From Oscillospiraceae bacterium (GTDB taxonomy: Bacteria > Bacillota > Clostridia > Oscillospirales > UBA929), in NCBI GenBank assembly GCA_031550325.1, contig JAVBOR010000007.1:27885-91884 (forward strand): a stretch of 64,000 nucleotides of DNA. Reading direction: 5' to 3'. The position numbers and the translations under genes were made by a program. Numbering within the stretch: position 1 is the stretch's first letter; each line of letters opens with the position of its first letter. The notes below the pieces were generated by a model, which saw only the letters and a list, made by a program, of their open reading frames with translations, ran no database searches and had not been told where the DNA came from. Below are positions 44,760 through 53,099 of this stretch, one piece after another.

Positions 44760-47546
44760 ATGAAACGTGCACTGTCGCTGATTTTGTCCCTCGCGCTTTG
44801 CGCCGGTATGATGGCCGGGCTGGGACAGCCGCGGGCTGCCGACGGTCGGGAAAGCGCGCCGGATGTGTACATTCAGGACAACCGGCTGTATCTCCAGGGG
44901 GAGACGACGACCTTTGAAAACATGCTGCGCAACTTTGACGTGCGCTATGTCCCGGCCAAGGACGCGCACACGTTCAGCCTGGCCACGCTCAACACGGACA
45001 GCAGCTACGCCGAAAACGCGTATAAGCTGTATCTCGACCCGCTGAATATCCAGTTCGGCTCTTATATTGAGCTGGTCAGCGTGTCGATGGTTCCCGGAGA
45101 TGTGCTGTACATCGCCTATATGGACTATGACGCCGTTGAGCCCGGGCTGTACGCGCAGATTACGCTCTCAGAGCAGATGCTGGCGATGACCACGACGCAG
45201 AACCCCGCCCAACTGCCGAAGCTGGCCGTTACGGCCTCGACGCTGACCATCACGCCCGGCAACCGGTACACGCAGTATGAATATGCCGTGATCCCCGCAG
45301 TCAGGCCGGCCGACTTCACCCCTGCGTGGATTTTGGCGGGCTCGGCGGCTCAGCAGAACGCGTCGGCGATCAAGGTCAGTCTTCAGCCGCGCGCCGGGGC
45401 GTATACCCTCCGCGTGCGCGTTCAGGGGGACGACCGAGCGGGATTCTATTACGCCTCGATCACCGGAATTACCACTGCGACGCCGATTGTCTCGCTCGAA
45501 CTTGAGGCGCTCGGTCCGCTTGTCGGCGGGAAAAACGGCGAAACATACTATTTCAGCAGTGACGGCGGGTCGTCCTACAAGACGGTCTTCGTTGCGCCCA
45601 ACGAGGAATTTGTCATTGACCTGAGCAAGGTCTTCGGAAAAAAAGAAGTGCAGCTCATTTTGAAAAAAGCCAGCGGGGACAAGGACCCAAAGGATATCAC
45701 GGGAGCGCTTCTCCAGCGCTCTGTAAACGCGCGCGCCGACTTCCCCAAGGAGGCCAAACCGCAGGCGTATGTCAGCGCGAAATACACTGAAAACTTTACG
45801 CTCTCGGGGCTGAGCGGTGAAAAACTGGAGGCCCGTTTGCCGCAGACAGCGCAGTATATCAGCTTTCTGCCGAGCGTGGGACTGCCGCTGCTGTCGGCAG
45901 CCGAGCAGGCGATGAAGAAAAAGGCTATGAAAATTGAGTTCCGCGTGGCCGCCAATACGTCGACGATGACGCCGGCTTCTGCCCCGAAAAAGATCACGCA
46001 GCCCAAGCAGACCAAGGCGCCGACCGTCAAGGTTGACTACAAAAAGGAGATCATCAAGCTCAAGGGGGGCGTGTCGATTGCCTATGCGGACGCGCCGACG
46101 GCCGATCCTTCCACGCTGAAGTTCTCTCAGGTGCAGGGCGACGAAATTAGCGTTTCGGACGCCATCACCACGGGCAAGGTTATGTACTTTTACCTCAACG
46201 CGACCGAAAAAAAGTCGCGTTCTGCTATCCAGCGCGTGAAGTTTGCCCCGCGCCACATCAGACCCGACAACCAGGAGGGTCTGGTTGTGGAAAAGGGCAA
46301 GCTCAAACTGACCAAGGGCTTCGAGGTGTACGCCGCGGAAAAGGGCAAGTGGGGCTCATTCCCCAAGGGCGAAAAAGTGGTCAGCTTGCGCCGCAAGGCG
46401 GATGCCAAGTATAACAAAAAGACCGGCGCGTCGACGGGCAACGCCGCCAGCGTTTCGGTGACGGCGAAGGTCGCCTACGACAAAGACGGCAAAACGGTTC
46501 TCAGCGCCGTGTCCCCCGACAAGCTTTCGCTGAGTACGACGGGTATTTCGTACCGAAACGTGCGCAACAGCCATGTGGACGTCTGGCCCAATGACAACGC
46601 TGAGATTTACGTCAAGGGGCGAACGCTGTACGCCATCTCTATCACCTCGCCCTATGACAACATCGGCGACAGCCGCACATGCGACTTTTCTCTGTCTATT
46701 GCAGCGCCGTACTTAGACGGAGAGAGACTGGCCGAGACGGTCAAATACTGCCTAAACGGTGAAACGGTGTCCGAGGATCAATACACATGTGTGTTTCGGA
46801 GTGTCTCGGTCGGTGATGAGGTGACCTTCGTGCTCACGCCAAAGGACCCCGACAACTACAGAGAGACCACCTACAAGTTTGTGGTCGGCCTTCCGTTTGA
46901 GGACACGCCGTACAGCGTGACGTGGAATGTTTCGGGGACGCGTCGAAGTGAGGTCACCGTCAGGCTGCCGCAAAACCTGTACGCGGGGGAGACGGCGCGT
47001 CTGCAGGTCAAGCTCATCAAGGTCGTTAACGGCGTCGACACCACCGTCGTCGACCGGCAGGAGACGCGCGGCTATGACCCGACCGGCGCCGCCAACAACA
47101 ACTTTACCATTGACTTTACCTCTGAGATCACGCGCTCCGGCGTCGGACGATACCTCGTCAGGGTGCAGCGGCTGGGTACGGCCGGGCTTTCCCAGAACAG
47201 CGGCGTGGTGAGCTCGTCAAACCTGCTGGTCTATGAAAGCGATCTCCAGCTGACCACCGTGACGCTGAGCGAGGCAGCCGCCGTGCGTCAGGACACGGTT
47301 TTGTCTGTGGACAAGGCAACCGACGGCCTGGGCAACGATTTACTCAGCACAGCCACCTTCCAGTGGGTGACCTCCGATACGGATCCGAGCGGAGCGGGGA
47401 CGTCCATAGACGGTCAGACCGCCCGCGCGTTCACGGTGCCCGCCGGACTGGAAGGAAAGTTTATCGGGGTGCGCGTCACAAACAAAAATGTGTCGATTAT
47501 CCGCTGGTATACGACCGTCGTGACCCCCGCGCCCGGCTCTCCCTGA
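44760..47546 (+). CDS. Secreted protein of unrecognised family, paralog 3 (928 aa)
   Basis: RBS is ggaggtgg. The signal peptide is MKRALSLILSLALCAGMMAGLG. Motifs are SSDGGSSYK, PASAPKKIT, KVDYKKEIIK, ATEKKSRSA, GKWGSFPK. An extra N-terminal region of about 250 aa precedes the shared core. Confidence 0.85.
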   Translation: MKRALSLILSLALCAGMMAGLGQPRAADGRESAPDVYIQDNRLYLQGETTTFENMLRNFDVRYVPAKDAHTFSLATLNTDSSYAENAYKLYLDPLNIQFGSYIELVSVSMVPGDVLYIAYMDYDAVEPGLYAQITLSEQMLAMTTTQNPAQLPKLAVTASTLTITPGNRYTQYEYAVIPAVRPADFTPAWILAGSAAQQNASAIKVSLQPRAGAYTLRVRVQGDDRAGFYYASITGITTATPIVSLELEALGPLVGGKNGETYYFSSDGGSSYKTVFVAPNEEFVIDLSKVFGKKEVQLILKKASGDKDPKDITGALLQRSVNARADFPKEAKPQAYVSAKYTENFTLSGLSGEKLEARLPQTAQYISFLPSVGLPLLSAAEQAMKKKAMKIEFRVAANTSTMTPASAPKKITQPKQTKAPTVKVDYKKEIIKLKGGVSIAYADAPTADPSTLKFSQVQGDEISVSDAITTGKVMYFYLNATEKKSRSAIQRVKFAPRHIRPDNQEGLVVEKGKLKLTKGFEVYAAEKGKWGSFPKGEKVVSLRRKADAKYNKKTGASTGNAASVSVTAKVAYDKDGKTVLSAVSPDKLSLSTTGISYRNVRNSHVDVWPNDNAEIYVKGRTLYAISITSPYDNIGDSRTCDFSLSIAAPYLDGERLAETVKYCLNGETVSEDQYTCVFRSVSVGDEVTFVLTPKDPDNYRETTYKFVVGLPFEDTPYSVTWNVSGTRRSEVTVRLPQNLYAGETARLQVKLIKVVNGVDTTVVDRQETRGYDPTGAANNNFTIDFTSEITRSGVGRYLVRVQRLGTAGLSQNSGVVSSSNLLVYESDLQLTTVTLSEAAAVRQDTVLSVDKATDGLGNDLLSTATFQWVTSDTDPSGAGTSIDGQTARAFTVPAGLEGKFIGVRVTNKNVSIIRWYTTVVTPAPGSP

Positions 47547-47703
47547 CGTGGGGAGGGCAAACAGCAATATATTGATGTACCAGTTAAACCTTGCGCCAAT
47601 CTGCGGGGAAAATGCGTCGCCCGCTGGGCGGGCAGAGCGTTTTGAGGAGCAAACTGCGCAAGGTTTAATCGTGGGACCAATAGTAAGCCACAAGTAAGCC
47701 ACA

Positions 47704-47790
47704 AGGCGTTGCGGGACTCAGTTCCGCAACGCCTTTCTCTGCGCGTCTTTGCGAAGACGCGCGTCTTACCTCGATTTGTTAGTGAACCAA
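47704..47790 (+). repeat. Partial copy of the intergenic repeat (hairpin module plus gcgcgtctttgcgaagacgcgc palindrome)
   Basis: aggcgttgcgg gactcagtt ccgcaacgcct is followed by ttctctgcgcgtctttgcgaagacgcgcg. The same hairpin arms recur at 56208-56238. Confidence 0.65.
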
Positions 47791-47805
47791 AGGTTTCTTA
47801 AAAGC

Positions 47806-49182
47806 CTATGTCTCCTGCGTGGGGAGCTTTCGGATCAGATACTTGGTCTTGGAGGAGGCCGTCATCTCCAGCGCGTCGGCCAGCTCCCAGGTCACGCTGA
47901 CCTGTTTGCCCAGCCGGTCTCTGGCGGCCTGCGCCGCGCGTTCGGCCGACTGGGGATCAAAGTTTGCATCGGGGATGATGCGGATGAGCAGCTTGTCGTA
48001 GTCGAGCTGGACGAGCTGACTGCGTATGGCACCGCGCAGCTCGGCAGCCACGAAACCGAGACGGCTGATTTTGCTGCCGTCCACCAGCAGAAAGTAGTCG
48101 TCCACGCGGCCGGTCAGGTCGGTTAAATAGCGAGATTTCCAGCCGCAGGGGCAGGGCTCGGCGCCGAGCGCGCCCAGGTCGCCCGTGACATAGCGGATGT
48201 AAGGAGCCTTGCGTGAGTTTAAATCGGTCAGCACGATATTGCCCACCTGCGAGTCGGGCAGGCAGCGCCCGTCGTCATCCAGTATTTCAGCGTATATATT
48301 GTCCTCAAACAAATGATAGCGCCGGTGGGCGCACATGACCGACAGGCCGCACAGCTCGCTCAGCCCGTATGTCTGATAGACCTTACAGCCCCAGAACTGC
48401 TCCAGGAAATCCTGCTCGGAGGGCGAAACGCCCTCACTGTCCGTGAGCAGCACCCGCAGGGGAGGCGGTCGGATGCCCAGCTCCTTGAGACATTGCGCCA
48501 GATGCAGCCAGGCCACGGGATAGCCGGTTGCGTAAACCACGCCATAGCGTTCCATTGCCCGTGCGTACAGCGGCGCCGTTTGGGCGTTGATGTGCAGAGA
48601 GGAGCACTGCAGCTGATGAAACACATCGGTATACAGCCAGAACGGCGGTTTTTTGCGCTCGCGTGGGACAACCTGAACGCCCGACAGGCGCGCTGCGCGC
48701 GCGTTCTTCGGAATGCCGAGCCCCATCAGGAACGCCTCCATATACGCCTTGGACATGCGCAGACTCTCATGGGAGACGTAATAGGAGACCGGCGTGCCGG
48801 TTGACCCGCTGGTCCGACCGGAAAAAAGCTCAAGCGATCCGGCCTCCGCCGAGCGCATGCGCTCCCGCCCGGCCTGCAGGTCGGATTTTTGGAGCAACGG
48901 CAACGCGCGCAGGCCGGACAGGTCGTCCAGCATCACGTCATAGCAGTCGTTTTGATAAAAAGGGACATGTTTGTGCGCGTACGCCACGAGATCCTGAAGG
49001 CGAGCGAGCGTTGTTTGCTCGCCGACGCCGCAGGCAAGGGGGTCGCGCGCCGCCAGTTCGGACAATAGAGCGCCATAGTCGCCGTACTTCCGAAACGCGT
49101 TGCGGCGGAGCCCCTCCAGATCGGCAAAGAGCCGCTTCAAAAAAAACGGCGCGGCCATATACACGGTATGCGCCAGAGACAT
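47806..49182 (-). CDS. CapK/PaaK-like adenylate-forming enzyme (phenylacetate-CoA ligase / F390 synthetase family)
   Basis: Start is MSLAHTVYMAAPFF after RBS ggaggg. Adenylation motifs are SGRTSGSTGTPV, QTYGLSELCG and YIRYVTGDLG. Confidence 0.8.
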   Translation of the reverse strand: MSLAHTVYMAAPFFLKRLFADLEGLRRNAFRKYGDYGALLSELAARDPLACGVGEQTTLARLQDLVAYAHKHVPFYQNDCYDVMLDDLSGLRALPLLQKSDLQAGRERMRSAEAGSLELFSGRTSGSTGTPVSYYVSHESLRMSKAYMEAFLMGLGIPKNARAARLSGVQVVPRERKKPPFWLYTDVFHQLQCSSLHINAQTAPLYARAMERYGVVYATGYPVAWLHLAQCLKELGIRPPPLRVLLTDSEGVSPSEQDFLEQFWGCKVYQTYGLSELCGLSVMCAHRRYHLFEDNIYAEILDDDGRCLPDSQVGNIVLTDLNSRKAPYIRYVTGDLGALGAEPCPCGWKSRYLTDLTGRVDDYFLLVDGSKISRLGFVAAELRGAIRSQLVQLDYDKLLIRIIPDANFDPQSAERAAQAARDRLGKQVSVTWELADALEMTASSKTKYLIRKLPTQET

Positions 49183-49231
49183 GGCAAAGCCCTCCAAAAT
49201 TATGGCTGTCGATATACCTTCTTTAACCTCC

Positions 49232-49260
49232 ATTATAGCAATATCGGCAAAAGATATCAA
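49232..49260 (-). promoter_or_regulatory. Sigma-70-type promoter for the CapK-like gene
   Basis: Minus strand reads TTGATA, a 17-nt spacer, then TATAAT. Confidence 0.55.
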
Positions 49261-49277
49261 GCCGCGCGGGTTTTGGG

Positions 49278-49306
49278 TTGAGCTGCCGGACACACTATGG
49301 TATGCT
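49278..49306 (+). promoter_or_regulatory. Candidate sigma-70-type promoter for the GNAT gene
   Basis: TTGAGC, a 17-nt spacer ending in TGG, then TATGCT. Confidence 0.4.
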
Positions 49307-49325
49307 TATTTGTGGAGGGCGAAAT

Positions 49326-49913
49326 ATGTTGAGACTAAAGAAAACCGAAGACGCAAAGGCACTGTACGCGCACATGCGCAGGGACTTTCCGGCGGGCGAG
49401 TTGCCGCCGCTGCCCGCGGTGCGCAAGAACGTCGCGCGCGGCGTTTATGAGGCGCTGTGGATTGTCGAGGACGAGACGCTGGTTGGGTATGCCGTGCTCA
49501 CCGCTCCGCCGGGGCTTGGGTACGCGCTGCTCCATTTTTTCGCGGTGCTGCCCGCGTTCCGGGGCGGCGGGTTTGGCAGCCGGGCGCTGGAATGCATTTT
49601 GGAGCGCCTGAACGGGCGGGTGCTTGTACTTGAGGTGGAGGCTCCGGACGCCGCCAAAAACGAAAAGCAGCGTATCCTCCGCGAGCGGCGTGTGAAGTTT
49701 TATGAGCGCGCCGGACTGAGGCTTATTCCGACTCAGAGAGCGAGGATCTTTGGCGTGGACATGCTGATCATGATGAACGGAGAAACGCACAGCGTGCGCG
49801 CCACGATGCACGCGCTGTACCTGCCGACATTTCGGTCGGAGCGCTGGCTGCGGTTTATCGACGTGCGCGACAGCGAGCCAGGGGCTTTGAGGGCGGCTGA
49901 GCGGCCGCTTTAG
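49326..49913 (+). CDS. GNAT-family N-acetyltransferase
   Basis: Start is MLRLKKTED after RBS ggaggg. The acetyl-CoA binding motif A region is FAVLPAFRGGGFGSRALECIL. Confidence 0.75.
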   Translation: MLRLKKTEDAKALYAHMRRDFPAGELPPLPAVRKNVARGVYEALWIVEDETLVGYAVLTAPPGLGYALLHFFAVLPAFRGGGFGSRALECILERLNGRVLVLEVEAPDAAKNEKQRILRERRVKFYERAGLRLIPTQRARIFGVDMLIMMNGETHSVRATMHALYLPTFRSERWLRFIDVRDSEPGALRAAERPL

Positions 49914-49996
49914 GGAAAATGCAAGTTTACTCTTGCGAAGGAGGGTGTTTTCATATACACTATACACATACAAACTAAAGAGAAGGGGGCGTTTCT

Positions 49997-51502
49997 ATGA
50001 GACGCAGAGTAACAGCATTGGGTTTGGCCCTGGCCATAGTATTGGCAGTTTTGCCAATGGGAGCGCTGGCCGCCTACAGTCTTCCGTCCAGCTTTGAAGC
50101 ACCGCAGAGTGTGGCGGTTTCGTTTAAGGGCAACGCATTTACCTTTGCGCACACGGCTTCGGCGGGCGTGCGATTGGCTGTGGACGCGCGGGAAGCCGGA
50201 GAGTTTTCTCCCGGCGCGCTGATGTATGTCGGGGTGCAGTGGGACTATCAGCTCGACGGCAACGGCTGGCATCATACGTCTGAATGGGACAACGGCGAGT
50301 GCCCCACGACGGCATTGGCCGACTATACGGCTGAGGGCGGATACGTCGACACGTTTGACGCGTTCCCCTATGAAATGCCCGACTTGTTTTCGGCTCAGAG
50401 CATTCCGGCGGGTTATTTTGACAGCCACACCCTGTCATTCCGCCTGCGCTACATTGTGATGTACGCCGAAAATATGGAGGACTCGGCCACGCTTTCTCCC
50501 TGGGCGGCGGTGCTGACCTATCCCACGGACGCAAACGGGGAGGGCGGGAACGAGTTCAGCCCGTCGTCAATGATCCAGCACGCGCCTGAGCTCAAAACCG
50601 TTACGCTCAACGCGTCCGGCACGCTTTTCGAGGGTACGCTCGCTGCGCCCAACAGCCAAATTACGAGCCTTAACACCGCTACGGCGCAAAACGCCAAAGG
50701 CGGCGTGAAGACAAACGTCTGGATCAAGGTGGGCAACAACCCCTGGACCGACGCCGGAAACTTTTCAGCGCTCAGCGGCGCCGTCAGCTTTGGCGCGCCG
50801 GACGGGATGGTCCCGAGTGATCCTGTTTTTCAGGTCAAGGCCCGATACGTGTTTGATCAGGCAGGCAATCCCGAGGGCGGGCAAACCGGTCTGATCTACA
50901 GCCCGTTTTCAAACGTCTTGACGCGCGGCGTGTCCACCTGGGCGGCGGGCTGGCTTGAGAAAGCTGAAACCGCCGAATTGATTCCCGCCATCATCAAGAA
51001 CACCAACATGCAAAAGCAGATCACGCGCGAGGAGTTCTGCGAGATGGCCGTCGTGCTGTATGAAAAGGTGACTGGCAAGCAGGCGACGCCCATCAGCCCC
51101 AACCCGTTTACCGACACCAGCAACGTGAACATCCTCAAGGCGTCCGCGCTGAGCATCACCGCGGGAACGTCTGAAACCACGTTCTCCCCCAAGACGCTCA
51201 TCAACCGCGAGCAGTGCGCCGTAATGCTCTACAACACGCTGCAGGCCATTGCGCCGGCAGGCTCATTTAATACTGCGGGCGCCAAGGATTTCCCCGACCA
51301 AAGCAAAATATCCGACTGGGCGGTTGTGGCTGCCAAATATATGTCCAAACTCAAGATTATCGCGGGGGACAGCGCGGGCAACTTCATGCCCAAGGCGTCC
51401 ACGCCCGCCGAAATAGCCGCCAACTATGGCATGGCCTCGCGCGAAGCGGCAGTCATCATGGTCACCAAGTGTTTTGAAATGAAGGAAAGCATTGGCAAGT
51501 GA
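49997..51502 (+). CDS. Secreted surface protein with C-terminal S-layer-homology (SLH) domains
   Basis: The signal peptide is MRRRVTALGLALAIVLAVLPMGALA. SLH-type repeats are FTDTSNVNILKASALSITAGTSETTFSPKTLINREQCAVMLYNTL and FPDQSKISDWAVVAAKYMSKLKIIAGDSAGNFMPK. The N-terminal 300 aa are unrecognised. Confidence 0.8.
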   Translation: MRRRVTALGLALAIVLAVLPMGALAAYSLPSSFEAPQSVAVSFKGNAFTFAHTASAGVRLAVDAREAGEFSPGALMYVGVQWDYQLDGNGWHHTSEWDNGECPTTALADYTAEGGYVDTFDAFPYEMPDLFSAQSIPAGYFDSHTLSFRLRYIVMYAENMEDSATLSPWAAVLTYPTDANGEGGNEFSPSSMIQHAPELKTVTLNASGTLFEGTLAAPNSQITSLNTATAQNAKGGVKTNVWIKVGNNPWTDAGNFSALSGAVSFGAPDGMVPSDPVFQVKARYVFDQAGNPEGGQTGLIYSPFSNVLTRGVSTWAAGWLEKAETAELIPAIIKNTNMQKQITREEFCEMAVVLYEKVTGKQATPISPNPFTDTSNVNILKASALSITAGTSETTFSPKTLINREQCAVMLYNTLQAIAPAGSFNTAGAKDFPDQSKISDWAVVAAKYMSKLKIIAGDSAGNFMPKASTPAEIAANYGMASREAAVIMVTKCFEMKESIGK

Positions 51503-51566
51503 CGTTATTTGAGCGCGACCATTTTTCATGCGTGTTTCGGTGGATACTTTTGGGGAAGGAGAAATA

Positions 51567-52808
51567 ATGTCAATTAAACGAGGTCAATCCAATCAAACAC
51601 AGTGCCGGGCAGACACGCTCCCCGGCACCATTGCCGACTATATGGCGATTAGGGACAGCATTCACACGGGCTTTGATGAGCAGGAGCGCATTCAGCGCCA
51701 GAAAGAAAAGATTTTGGCCTACTTAGGCGCAGAGGAAAGCCAGTGGCAGGACTTTCACTGGCAGATTGAAAACCGCTTTACCGAGGCGCGGGCCATTTGC
51801 GACGTGCTAGGGCTTGACGATCAAACCGCGTGTGAAATGGAGGAGGTCGGGCGGCAATACCGCTTTGCCGTTTCGCCCTATTACCTGTCGCTCATCGACG
51901 CCGAGAAGACATACGGCCCGATTTACAGGCAGGCGCTTCCCACGCTCAGCGAGCTCAACACCTTAGGGGAGCTTGACCCCATGGACGAAGAGGGTTCCTC
52001 CCCGGTTCCCTGCGTGACACGCAGGTATCCCGACCGGCTGATTATCAAGGTCACCAATATGTGCGGGATGTACTGCCGGTTTTGTCAGCGGCGGCGGCGC
52101 ATCGGCGAGTGCGACACGCACACGCCCAGGCAGCAGCTGGTGGGCGCGCTGGAGTATATTGGCTCCTGTCCGGAGATTCGTGATGTGCTGATTACTGGCG
52201 GCGATGCGTTTATGCTTTCTGACCAAGAGATTGACTGGCTGCTGCGCGAGCTCCGGGCCATCAAGCACGTGGAAATCATCCGCTTTGGGACGCGTACGCC
52301 CGTGACACTTCCGCAGCGTATTACGCCCCGGCTATGCGATATTTTAAAGAAGTACCACCCCATATACGTCAACACGCACTTTAACGCCCCCATGGAGATT
52401 ACGCCCGAGTCAGCCGCCGCCTGCGCGCGTCTGGCCGACGCGGGGATTTCCCTGGGAAATCAGATGGTGCTGCTGGCCGGAGTGAACAATCACGAGTTTA
52501 TTGTGCGCAAGCTCAATCAGAAGCTCTTAAGCATTCGCGTAAAGCCCTACTATATCTTCCACCCAAAACAGGTGATGGGCACGTCGCACTTCTGGGTGAC
52601 GCTCGGAACCGGTGTGGAAATTATTGAGGGCTTGCGCGGCTATACGTCCGGAATGGCGGTTCCGACCTATATTGTCAACGGCCCTGGCGGCCTGGGCAAA
52701 ACGCCGATGCTTCCCAACTACCTGCTGTATATCGCGAAAAACCGCGCGGTGTTCCGAAACTGGAACGGCGAGCTGTTTGAAATTGAAAACCTGCCGATGG
52801 AGGACTGA
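51567..52808 (+). CDS. KamA-family radical SAM 2,3-aminomutase (the glutamate 2,3-aminomutase-like signature favours Eam over lysine 2,3-aminomutase)
   Basis: The radical SAM cluster motif is CGMYCRFCQRRR, with strong full-length similarity to the LAM pattern (PYYLSLID, RYPDRL, VLITGGDAF, HVEIIRFGTRTPV, YVNTHFN). The positions aligned to the lysine-binding Asp residues of LAM read HPKQV and IVNGPGG. Confidence 0.85.
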   Translation: MSIKRGQSNQTQCRADTLPGTIADYMAIRDSIHTGFDEQERIQRQKEKILAYLGAEESQWQDFHWQIENRFTEARAICDVLGLDDQTACEMEEVGRQYRFAVSPYYLSLIDAEKTYGPIYRQALPTLSELNTLGELDPMDEEGSSPVPCVTRRYPDRLIIKVTNMCGMYCRFCQRRRRIGECDTHTPRQQLVGALEYIGSCPEIRDVLITGGDAFMLSDQEIDWLLRELRAIKHVEIIRFGTRTPVTLPQRITPRLCDILKKYHPIYVNTHFNAPMEITPESAAACARLADAGISLGNQMVLLAGVNNHEFIVRKLNQKLLSIRVKPYYIFHPKQVMGTSHFWVTLGTGVEIIEGLRGYTSGMAVPTYIVNGPGGLGKTPMLPNYLLYIAKNRAVFRNWNGELFEIENLPMED

Positions 52809-52819
52809 GTCCATTGTCA

Positions 52820-52861
52820 ACAGGGCCGTGTTTGTGAGATGAACCACAAATGCGGCCCTGT
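52820..52861 (+). terminator. Hairpin downstream of the aminomutase gene
   Basis: acagggccg...cggccctgt forms a 9-bp outer stem with an inner tgtttgtg/cacaaa pairing. The U-tract is poor. Confidence 0.4.
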
Positions 52862-53099
52862 TCCTTGCCTATTTATAACAAATGACAAAAATATTTGGGG
52901 TATTGGACTTTTTTAAGTAAAACAGTATATATGTCTAAAACATTATTTGTTATAGTGCATGTATTGTAAGCTTTCCTATATTGAGAATTAATTTTATTAA
53001 GATAAGGGTATCAATTTTTTCTTTACCCTGATATACTGTTGTTGATTATGATCGATATGTATTTATCGAAACACATGATCGACTGAATTTACTGATGCT

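Noticed and set aside
49238-49254. GCCGATAT on the minus strand in the CapK-like gene promoter region, as a possible SigD site linking this gene to the flagellar regulon
   Set aside because: The octamer lies inside the 17-nt spacer of a near-consensus sigma-70 promoter (TTGATA-N17-TATAAT). It has no TAAA at -35 spacing, so it is probably coincidental.
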